Positions 37,201 to 49,200 of a stretch of DNA of 64,000 nt are shown here, piece after piece (position 1 is the stretch's first letter; each line of letters opens with the position of its first letter). The position numbers and the translations under genes were made by a program. Origin of the DNA: Raja brachyura (taxonomy: Eukaryota); contig OY740805.1 of the NCBI GenBank assembly GCA_963514005.1, positions 36,146,001 through 36,210,000 on the forward strand. Reading direction: 5' to 3'. The notes under the pieces were generated by a model that had not been told where the DNA came from, did not search any database, and saw only the letters and a list, made by a program, of their open reading frames with translations.

Positions 37201-40200
37201 CCTGGCCACAAACTCTTTGAATCACTTCCCTCTGGAAGGCGACTCCGGACTGTCAAAGCTGCCACAGCCAGACATAAAAACAGCTTTTTTCCACGAGTGG
37301 TAGTTCTACTCAAAAACCAAAAATCTGTAGCCTCCTTTTGTTCTGGTATTTTATTTAGTTCACATGTTTAATCGATAATGTTTCATTATTAATGTTTAAT
37401 GTTTTATGTGTCATTCCTAACTATCACTGTATGTCATGTTGTCACTTGCGGGCGGAGCACCAAGGCAAATTCCTTGTATGTGAATACTTGGCCAATAAAC
37501 GTATTCAAACATTCATTCATTCATTCTCCGCATAAACCTTGACACCTGTACTCCAGCACTTTTGTGTGTATCTTCAGTTTAAACCAGCATCTACACTTGA
37601 CGTTTTACCTCCCCCCTTGACTCCATCCAAGGACCCAAGCAGTTTTTCCAGGTGAGGCAGAGGTTCACCTGCACCTCCTCCAACTTCATTCATTGCATCC
37701 GCTCCTCTATATGTCAGCTGATCTACATCGGTGAGACCAAGCGTAGGCTTGGCGATCGCTTCGCCTAATACCACCGCTCGGTTCGCAATAACCAACCTGA
37801 TCTCCCGGTGGCTCAGCACTTCAACTCCCCCTCCCATTCCGAATCCGACCTTTCTGTCCTGGGCCTCCATGGCCAGAGTGAGGACCACTGCAAATTGTAG
37901 GAGTAGCGCCTCATATTTTTTGCTTGGGCAGTTTGCACCCCAGCGGTATGAATATTGACCTCCAATTTCAGGTAGTCCCTTCTTTCTCCTCCCCTTCTCA
38001 GTTCTCCCTCAGCCCACTGCCTCCACCTCTTCCTATCTTTTTCCCACACCCATCCACACTCACATCAGTCTGAAGAAGGGTTTTGCTCCGTAGATGCTGC
38101 CTCACCCGCTGAGTTTCATCAGATTTTTGTCCACCTTCGTTTGTACAGCATCTGCAGTTCCTTCTTAAACATCTGCAGTTCCTTCCTCCACATCCTACTA
38201 TTTCCCCCACTTTCCTCCCCATCAATGTTGCAGATCCATTTCCCACCCCAGTTCTGTTGCAAAGTCAACAGATTTAACTCTGCCGTTCCCCCCCGGCCTT
38301 TCCGCAATTTATCTTGGATCCTCCGTCGGCTGCGGGTCCGTTCCAATTGGACTCACCAGTTCCGGCTCGTCATCCGTAAGAGGTGAAGTCGGATCAGCTG
38401 CAAAATTAATTATGTACATATTAATGTAGGCAAATTAGCAAGCCCCGCCCACTTACTTAGCATAGAAACCACACCCCCATTCCCTGTTCACCCCCCAGCC
38501 CCTCCAATTCTTTTCCCGTGCAAACACAGAGTTGCAAACATAAGGGCCGAATGGCCTACTCCTGCACCTATATCCTATTTTCTATTGAATGGCGGTGCTG
38601 GCTCGAAGGGCTGAATGGCCTACTCCTGCCCCTATTGTCTTTTGTCCATTGAATGGCGGTGTTGGTTCGAAGGGCCGAATGGCCTACTCCTGCACCTATT
38701 GCCTATTGACCAGTGCGGCCACAGTGGCGCAGCGGTAGAGTTGCTGCCTCACAGCGCCAGAGACCCGGGTTCGATCTCGATTACAGGTGCTGTCCGCTAT
38801 CTTTAAGAGCCCTATCTAGCTCTCCCTTGAAAGTAACCAGAGAACCGGCCTCCACCACCCTCTGAGGCAATTAAGGGATTGGAAACGCTAGAGGCAGGAA
38901 ACAGGTTCCCGATGTTGGGGGAGTCCAGAACCAGGGGCCACACAGTTTAAGAATAAGGGGTAGGCCATTTAGAACGGAGATGAGGAAAGACTTTTTCACC
39001 CAGAGAGTGGTGAGTCTGTGGAATTCTCTGCCTCAGAGGGCGGTGGAGGCCGGTTCTCTGGATACTTTCAAGAGAGAGCTAGATGGAGGTCTTAAAAATA
39101 GCGGAGTCAGGGGATATGGGGAGAAGGCAGGAATGGGGGTACTGATTGGGGATGATCAGCCATGATCACATTGAATGGCGGTGCTGGCTCGAAGGGCCGA
39201 ATGGCCTACTCCTGCACCTGTTGTCTATTGTCCATCCAACGTCTCCCTGTGGCTGGAAGTCTCTAATCCAGGCACCATTCTGGTACGGGGCTTTAAAACC
39301 ACAGGCTCAGCTCTGGATAAAACGCTGAGTTTACTTACCGTCTGTCACCATTGGAGTCAAAGGGAATGCCTCTAAACTGTGGAGCAAGGAAGAAAGAACA
39401 GTTAGTGTTGGAAGGAACTGCAGGTGCCACTTTACACCGAAAATAGGCACTAAATGCTGGAGTAACTCAGCGGGCCAGCCAGCATCTTTGGAGAAAAAGA
39501 ATAGGTGACATTTCAGGTCAAAGATGGAACGCAACCCGCAATGACATCGACTCACAGAGTGATACAGTGTGGAAACAGGCCCTTCGGCCCAACTCGCCCA
39601 CACCGGCCGACATGTCCCAGCTACACTAGGCCCACTTGCCTGCGCTTGGTCCATATCCTTCCAAACCTGTCCTATCCATGTACCTGTCCAACTGGTTTCT
39701 TAAACGATGGGATAGCTCCAGCTTCAGCTACCTCCCCTGGCAGCTTGTTCCATACTCCCACCACCCTCTGTGTGAAAAAGTTACCCCTCGCATTCCTAAT
39801 AAATCTTTTCCCCTTCATCTTGAACCTATGTCCTCTGGTCCTCGATTCCCCTACTCTGGGCAAGAGACTCTGTGCATCTACCCGATCTATTCCTCTCATG
39901 ATTTTGTACACCTCTGTAAGATCTCCCCTCATCCTCCTGCGCTCCATGGAATAGAGCCCCAGCCTACTCAACCTCTCCCTATAGCTCACACCCTCTAGTC
40001 CTGGCAACATCCTAGTAAATCTTCTCTGAACCCTTTCAAGCTTGACAACATCTTTCCTATAACATGGTGCCCAGAACTGAACACAATATTCTAAATGCGG
40101 CCTCACCTATTCCTTTCCTTTCCTCCAGAGATGCTACCTGACCCACTGAGTTACTCAAGCAGCTAGTGTCAAAGATTGAACAATTAAGTGACCTTTACAC

Positions 40201-43200
40201 AATAACTGCACTCATATCTTAGTTTAGTTTAGTTTATTGTCACGTGTACCGAGGTACAGTGAAAAGCTTTTTGCTGCCTGCTATCCAGTCAGCGGAAAGA
40301 CAACACATGATTACAATCAATCCACTTACAGTGTACAGACACATGGTAATGGAATAACGTTTAGTGCAAGGTAAAGCCAGTAAAGTCTGCTCAAGGATAG
40401 TCCCAGGGTCACCAGCGAGGTAGATAGTAGTTCAGTGTTTAAGAAGGAACTGCAGATGCTGGAAAATGGGAGGTAGACAAAAATGCTGGAGAAACTCAGC
40501 GGGTGAGGCGGCATCTATGGAGCGAAGGAATTGGTGAGGTTTCGGGTCTGAGGAAGGGTTTCAGCCCAAAACGATGCCTATTTCCTTCGCTCCATAGATG
40601 CTGCCTCACCCGCTGAGTTTCCCCAGCAGTTTTGTCTACCATAGATAGTCGTTCAGGACTGCTCTCTGGTTGTGGTAGGATGGTTCAGTTGCCTGATAAC
40701 AGCCAGGAAGAAACTGTCTCTGAATCTAGAGGTGTGCGTTTTCACACTTCTGTACCTCTTGCCCGATGGGAGAGGGGAGACAAGGGACTGTTAAAGTGAA
40801 TGTTAAAGTGTGTAGCAACCACCCACCTTTGATCCAGAATAGTACCTGTGAAAGAATGGAGATAAAAAGAGAAAATATACTATTAGAGACACAAGGAACA
40901 GGCAGATGAAACCAGTTTAACCAAGCATCATGCTTGACACATAAATTGTGGGCCAAAGGACCATTGGCTGAAATCGCTTTTAAAACATGAGGGAGGGGGG
41001 GACACACAATGAGGCCTGTAAGCGAGCAGGCAAGATCATCTCTGACCCCTCTCACCCTGGCCACAAACTCTTTGAATCACTTCCCTCTGGAAGGCGACTC
41101 CGGACTGTCAAAGCTGCCACAGTTTTTATCCACGAGTAGTTGCTCTACTCAATGCCCAAAAATCTGTAGCCTCCCTTTGATCTGGTATTTTGTTGGTTCA
41201 CATGCTTAATCATAGAATCATAGAAAATAGGTGCAGGAGTAGGCCATTCGGCCCTTCGAGCCTGCACCGCCATTCAATATGATCATGGCTGATCATCCAA
41301 CTCAGTATCCCGTACTTGCCTTCTCTCCATACCCCCTGATCACTTTAGCCACAAGGGCCACATCTAACTCCCTCTTAAATATAGCCAATGAACTGGCGTC
41401 AACTACCTTCTGTGGCAGAGAATTCCACAGACTCACCACTCTCTGTGTGAAAAATGATCTTCTCATCTCGGTCCTAAAAGACTTCCCCCTCATCCTTAAA
41501 CTGTGACCCCTTAAACTTACAGGCGAGAATGAAATGCTCGGAGAAGGAGAAAGAGGTGCAGCGAGTGCACAGGCCTTGAGCCTGGTGAGACGCAGGAGGA
41601 GCCCGGCGGGGAGTCACCCCACAGAGCTCAGTCCCTCCACGTACTAGAGTCTCCCAACCCCTGCAGAGTGGTTATCAAGATGGCTGATCCGTGGGCGGTT
41701 GCTGCTGGGACGCAAGTCGGGGCCTGATCAACCCCGGCTGGGTTGCCTGGGTGAGGGTGCCTGATGGTGTGAGACCCGAAACACGCGATGACCCCAGGTC
41801 ACATCACTGAGGATGCGTCCCAGCGCATCTAGAAGATGTATATTTTTCACTTAACCCAAAATCATCTGGCCCTGCAGGCGCATTTTTTTTCAATTAGTTT
41901 TCGCGACCTGGGAACTGCAGACAGACCCGGGGCACGCAGGTGACCTGGGCGTTACAGTCAGGCCTGCCAGCCAACCTGGGCGCGTGGGCGAGCTGGGAAC
42001 TGCAGGTCCTTTGGCCCACTGTGTACACTAGCACCATCCGACACACTTGGGACAATTTACAATTTACTGAAGCACATAACCTACAAACCTGTACATCTTT
42101 GGAGTGAGGGGCAGGCGAGCTGACGTGGAAGCTACAGCCAGTCAAGTCAAGATTCAAGAGAGTTTATTGTCCTGTGTCCCAGATACGACAATGAAATCCT
42201 TGCTTTGCTTCAGCACAACAGAATATTACATGGAAACATAGAAGCATAGAAAATAGGTGCAGGAGGAGGCCATTCGGCCCTTCGAGCCAGCACCACCATT
42301 CATTGTGATCATGGCTGATCGTCCCCAATCAATAACCCGTGCCTGCCTTCTACCCACATCCCTTGATTCCACTAGCCCCTAGAGCTCTATCCGACTCTCT
42401 CTTAAACCCATCCAGTCATTTGGCCTCCACCGCCCTCTGTGGCAGGGAATTCCACAAATCCACAACTCTCTGGGTGGAAAAGTTTTTTCTCACCTCAGTC
42501 TTAAATGATCTCCCCTTTTTTCTAAGACTGTGGCCCCTGGTTCTGGACTCGCCCAACACTGGGAACATTTTTCCTGCATCTAGCTTGTCCAGTCCTTTTA
42601 TAATTTTATATGTTTCAATAAGATTCCCCCTCGTCCTTCTAAACTCCAGTGAATACAAGCCTAGTCTTTTTTTTGGTAGGCATAAATAAATACAGAACAG
42701 ATCGGTGTGTCCATATACCATTGCATATATATATATATACACACACACAAATAAATAAACAGATAAAGTGCAATGGGCTATTAATGATCAGATTTTGAGT
42801 TGAGTTTAATAGCCTGAGGGGCTATGGGGAAGTAGCTGTTCCTGTACTTGGATGTTGCAGATTTCAGGCTCCTGTACCTTCTACCTGAAGGCAGCAGGGA
42901 GATGAGTGTGTGGCCAGGATGCAAGTCCCGGGGCAAGCGAGCCCACCTGGGACTGGCAGTAGCGCCAAGGTCACAAAACAATGGGGGGGGGGGGGGGGTT
43001 GCCCCCCCCTCTCAAACCATGGGGGGGAGGGTGCATTTCTATGTTCTATGTCCCATAAGGTCTCCCCACATTTTCTGGCATTCTAGAGATTAAAAAATTC
43101 AATCTTATTAATTAGAGTCATATTAGAAGTCATAGAGTGACACAGCGTGGCACGCTGGCCATTTGGCCCAACTCGCCCTCACTGGCCAACATCTCCCAGC

Positions 43201-46200
43201 TACACTAGTCTCACCTGCCTGCGCTTGGTCCATATCCCTCCAAACCTGTCCTGTCATGTACTTGTCCAACTGTTTCTTAAACGTTGGGATAGTCCCAGCC
43301 TCAACTACCTCCTCTGGCAGCTTGTTCCATACACCCACTAAAAAGCCACCCCTCAGATTACTATTAAATCTTTTCCCCTTCACCTTGAACCTATGTCCTC
43401 TGGTCCTCGTTTCCCCTACTCTGGGCAAGAGGCACTGCCTACCCTGAATAAAATTATAACATAGTAATAACTAAATATAAATAGTAAAGGCATGGGAGAA
43501 TTATGCCTATGTAAGAGATCGATCTCTTAGGTAGGCATAATTCTCCGTGCCTTTCATCCGCAGCGCTTGTAACACGGGAAGCTCTGTGCAGCCCACGTGC
43601 CGTCAAGCGCTGCCTGAAGCCGTCAGTTTCAAGCGGGGCTGAAGGCAGCAGAAATTCTGCCTTTGCGGGGTTTTCAAATATGGGTTTCAGTTTCTTGGCA
43701 GGGTTTTCAAATATGGATTGTCAATATTTTAAGTGTATGTTAGGTAACAAAGAGAGAAGAATGGAGTTTGTGTGCCAATAATGTGGTAAGTACATTTTGT
43801 GTTTATATTTTTAAATATTGTATTTCCCGGGGTGTGGGGGTGGGGTGGAGAGCTCCTTTCCAAGCATTTGGCGAGTCTGGCCCGGGGTTAAGTTGCGGGG
43901 AGGGCACGAATGTTATGAATGAGGGGATTGGGATAATGCCACTTGCAACACTCCTTGCACAGAGGTGTGCAATGCCACCGCATTGAGGCAGATGGGGGGG
44001 GGGGGAGAGAGAGAAGTAGCTCGGGTGGCTGAGCGGCCGCTGGGCCGGACAGCGGAACCAGCCGCCACCGTAGCTCCTTCTGCCGGTCCCCGCTCACCTC
44101 TGGCAGCTCTCCGTCTAAAAACCTCTCTCCTGCCGCTCGCTGGCCTCACTCATGTCCTTAAATTCCGACAGCGCGATTGAGGTTACTCGGCTGTGGGAAT
44201 TTAAGGATTTTCAGGAAGCCGCTGACATGAGCGAAATCGGCGAACGGCAGGTGACAGGTGTTCCGACGGAGAGCACTGACAAAGGTGAGCGGGCCGGCAG
44301 AAGGTGCTGAAGTGGCGGCTAGTTCTGCTGTCGGGTCCCGTTGGCCGCTCCCCGAGCTACTTCTATCCCCAGCTACAGTGCGTGGCTTCACGCCCGGAGA
44401 GCTGCGCTAGTTGTGAGTGAGTGAGTTACTGGCAGTATCCCTGACACCCTCCTTCTCAACACTCGTGCCCTCCCCACAACTTTACCCCTGACTCTCCACA
44501 TGCTGTGAAAGGAACTGTTCCCCCAATTGGTCTAGGAAGCCTAGGAAGGGCAAATTGAAATGTCACTGCTTTTAATTAATTTATTTATTTAACGGAGAGA
44601 ACCATCTGCGCATGCGCGGTTTAATTCTTTTAAGCGGACTGAGTGCCTACCCTGAGTAATTACTCACGGCACGTGCCTGCTGTGTGTCTACCCGATCTAT
44701 TCCTCTCATGATTTTATACACATCTATAAGATCACCCCTCATCCTCCTGCGCTCCAAGGAATAGAGTCCCAGCCTGCTCAACCTCTCCTTGCAGTTCACA
44801 CCCTCTAGTTACTGAAACCATAATGTGTGACACACTGTCCCATCCAGTCCCAGAGGGGGAATGGATAGTGTGTTACAATAGACAATAGGTGCAGGAGTAG
44901 GACATTAGGCCCTTCGAGCCAGCACCGCCATTCCCAGTGATCATGGCTGATCATCCACAATCAGTACCCCGTTCCTGCCTTCTCCCCATATCCCCTGACT
45001 CCGCTATCTTTAAGAGCCCTATCTAGCTCTCTCTTAAAAGTATCCAGAGAACCGGCCTCCACCGCCCTCTGAGGCAGAGAATTCCACAGACTCACAACTC
45101 TCTGTGAGAAAAAGTGTTTCCTCGTCTCTGTTCTAAATGCCTTATTCCTTATTCGTAATCTGTGTGGCCCCTGGTTCTGGACTCCGCCAACATCGGGAAC
45201 ATGTTTCCTGTCTCTAGCGTATCCAAACCCTTAATAATCTTATATGTTTCAATAAGATCCCCTCTCATCCTTCTAAACTCCAGAGCATACAATACAATAT
45301 ACAATACAATACAATATTTTATTCCATGTCATTTAAACCTCAGTGAGGCTCAAACCAAACTCCGTTTCCACAGCCATACAAACAAAGACAATTCCTACAA
45401 ATACAAACAATTCACTTTACACAAACATCCATCACAGTGAATCTCCTCCTCACTGTGATGGAAGACAAAGTCTTTTCTATACAAGCCCAGCCGCTCCATT
45501 CTCTCAGCATATGACAATCCCGCCATCCCGGGAATTAACCTTGTAAACCTACGCTGCACTCCCTCAATAGCAAGAATGTCCTTCCTCAAATTAGGGGACC
45601 ATATCGGCACACAATATTCCAGGTGTGGTCTCACCAGGGCCCTGTACAACTGCAGAAGGACCTCTTTGCTCCTATACTCAACTCCTCTCGTCATGAAGGC
45701 CAATAGCCCATTCACTTTCTTCACTGCCTGCTGCACCTGGGTGACACACTGACCCACCCAGTTTGACTGGTCAGAGAGTTAAATAGTTCAACGTCCTTAC
45801 GTTTGGCTCTGCGGGTTTGCCTGCAGAGGTGGATGGAGACGAAGAGGATGCAGCCTTCCAACACGACCGAGAATGCCAGGATCAACAGGAGAATGGTGGC
45901 ACGTTTTATCTTCCCTGTGGAGAAGACAACAGCTCAGAACCTGCAAACAGCAACAGGCCATTCGGCCCCTCAAGGTCAGTCCAGCACACAGCTACATGCG
46001 GGCAGATCTGAACAGTTTATCATTGTATCAGCGAAGGTGACGTTTCTGGTCGAGACCCTTCTTCAGATTTAGTTTAGTTTAGTTTAGCTTTGTTTAGTTT
46101 AGTTGAGTGTAGTTTAGTTTAGAGGTACAACACAAAGACAGGCCCTTCGGCCCATCAAGTCCGCGCTGACCAGCGATCCCCGCACACCAACACTATCCTA

Positions 46201-49200
46201 TACACACTAGGTACTTGGGAAGAAAATAGGTGCAGGAGTCGGCCATTTGGCCCCTCGAGCCAGCACTGCCACTCAACATGACCACGGCTGATCATCCAGA
46301 ACCAGTGCCCCATTCCCGCCCTCTCACCAGATAACTATACCAAGCCTCTTAACCTACAAACCTGTACATCTTGGGAATGTGGGAGGAAACCGGAGCACCC
46401 GGAGAAAACCCACGCAGGTCACGGGGAGAGCGTACAAACTCCGTTCTGTGGTCAGGATGGAATCTGGGTCTCTGGCGCTGTGAGGCAGCAACTCTACCGC
46501 TGCTCCAACGTGCCGAGCGGTGTTGGCCAGGGACGGAGCGATCCCAGGTGGGATACACCTGTCCACGTTCTGAGAGTCCACATCACAGAGGATCTGACAT
46601 GGACAACACACGCTGCCGCACTGGTGAGCAAGGCAAGGCAGCGCCTTTACCACCCCAGGCAGCTGAGGAAATTCAGAGTCTCTCTGAGGGTCCTTCAGTG
46701 CTTCTACTCTGGGGCTGTAGAAAGCATCTTGTCCGGCAACATCACGATTTGGTTTGGGAACAGCTCTGCCCAGGACAGGAAGGCTCCGCAGAGACTAGTG
46801 CGTTCAGTTGATCGCACCACGGGAACTACACTCGCCCCCCCTGCAGGACCTATACACCAGGAGGTGCAGATCCAGAGCCAGCAACATTATGGGGGACCCC
46901 TACCCCCCCAGCAACGGACTGTTCCAGCTGCTACGGTCAGGCAAGCGCCTCCACTGTCAGAATTGTAAACTCTGACCTCACCAGGGAATAATTTACTGTT
47001 GCGTCTTTTTAAAATGTAAATATTGGTTCAGTTGTTCTGTAGTTTTTGCCCAATCCGCAGGCATGGCCACTTTCATTTCATTGCATATCTTGTATATGTA
47101 TGTGACAAATAAAGTTGACCAGGCTAGACCAGAGTAGACCAGACTAGACTTGATATGACTAGACATGACATGACAAGATTAACATGACTCGACTTCTCCA
47201 CGGACGCTGCCCGTACACACGGATAAACCACTCACCTGTCCCGTTCACTTCCAGACTCACGCCTTCTCCATCAGCCTCACCGAGTCCTTCTATCCGCACC
47301 TTGCAGTAGTAATCTCCAGAGTCACTCTGCCTCACATCCACCAGTTGTATAGAAGTGTTGAAAGAGTCATCTTGGAGCGGCCCGATCACACGGCCTGCGT
47401 ACTCCTGAGTTTCATTGGAGACTTGTTTGCCATCCTTGTGCCAGCTGTACTCGCTGGCACCTCTGGAGCGATTGGCATTGTGGGCACAGCTCATGAGGAC
47501 AGTTTGGCCCTCATCCGCGACTATTCTGGACTGGCCTTGCTTCACGGCGAAATACTTGTTTCTTCCAGCTGCGAAATCAAAAGCAGAGCATCAATGCCCC
47601 CTGTTGGACCGAAGATAAACACTAAACGCTGGAGTAACTCAATGCTGTTCTTCTTTGTTCCAACGTCAACTCGTCACCCATTCCTTCTCGTTTCAGAAAG
47701 AACGGCAGATGCTTGTGAAATCGAAGGTAGACAGAAGGAAGAAAATCTGCAGACCCTGTCAATTAGATGCAAAATGCATAGAATGGATTGGATGGCTGCA
47801 AACCAGACATACACCTTGTAAATAATTGTAAATAATGTTGCAGAGTTTAACTATGCCGAGTGTTAATTGGATGAGGTATTGAGCCTTGTCTGGGTTTCTT
47901 GCAGATCAGGGTAAATGTTTCTAAGTTGGCTTCCTACCGAAGTCCGGTTTGAATACATTGTTTTAGCTGCTGTATTATTGGGTCCTGCTTTGTTTTAGCT
48001 GCTGTATCAATGGCCCCTGTTTGGACCGAAGATAGACACTAAACGCTGGAGTAACTCAAAGCTGTTCTTCTTTGTTCCAACGTCAAATCGTCACCCTTCT
48101 CGTTTAAGAAATAACTGCAGATGCTTGTTAAATCGAAGGTAGATTTGCAAAATGCAGGAAAAACTCAGCGGGTGAGGCAGCATCTATGGAGAGAAGGGAA
48201 TTGGTGACATTTCTGGCCTAGATCCTTCATCAGTCTGAAGAAGGGTCTCGACCGGAAACGTCACCAATTGTGACTACCCATTCCTTCTCTCCAGAGACAC
48301 TGCCTGACCCATTGAGTTACTCCAGTTTTTTGTGTCTGTCTTCGGTGTAAACCAGCATCTGCAGTCCCCTCCTTAGGAGGCAAATTTACTGTCAAAACAC
48401 GGGGGGGGGACACAATTTCTTAGCGGCCTCGCGCACACACACACGTGCAAGGCTTCAGCCATGGGCCCTATGGACGGTAACATCGGGAGCTGACCTGGTT
48501 GGTGACCGACTCCGAACTCCAGCAACAGCAGCTTCGTCCGCCCCGAATCGTGGGGCTTGAATCGGCCCGTTTGCGGGGTCTTCCATCGCCAGCGCGGCTT
48601 AAAACCGTGCTTCAACATTGGGAGCCTCGATCGCCTTGTTGCAGCAGTTTGATTTTAAGCCACGCTGGGCATTGAAAGGCCCCGCGAACGGGCCGATTCA
48701 GCCCTTAGAAAGTGACTGATCTGGATCTTTCAAAATCTACAATGTGATACATAACACTTAAATAAATAAATAAATAAAACTAAAGCAAATAAAGGCAAAC
48801 AGAAGAACCAACCTTGGAGGGGGGAGAGAGAGAGAGATGGGAATAAAATACTAAATAAGGTGAGTGACCTTAATGAGGGACTTACCTGCAAGCCACCCAG
48901 GAAACCTGTTCAACCGGATTCCTTAATGACCTAACCCGTTTAAATCTGATACCCGTTTAAATCTTTCCCATCCACCAATATATCCAATTAGTTCAAATGG
49001 TAATTGTACCTGCATCAGACAGCTTTCAAAACACAATTGTTGACACATCATGTTAATATGATGTTAATAGAGACATTTAACAAGTGCTTAATAGTGACAC
49101 CCCTGTTAATTCTGGCCAAATTGGAGAGGCTAGGACATTAAAATGGGGTAAAAGCTTCAGGGCTGTTGGGAGATTTAGTCAATTTGGAATTGCTCTGTGC

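Noticed and set aside
48886-48905. Possible 20-bp exon (gaacag|gtttcctgggtggcttgcag|gtaagt) between V1 and V2
   Set aside because: Strong donor but no polypyrimidine tract. Inclusion frameshifts V2 into an early stop, and V1-V2 already splice in phase.
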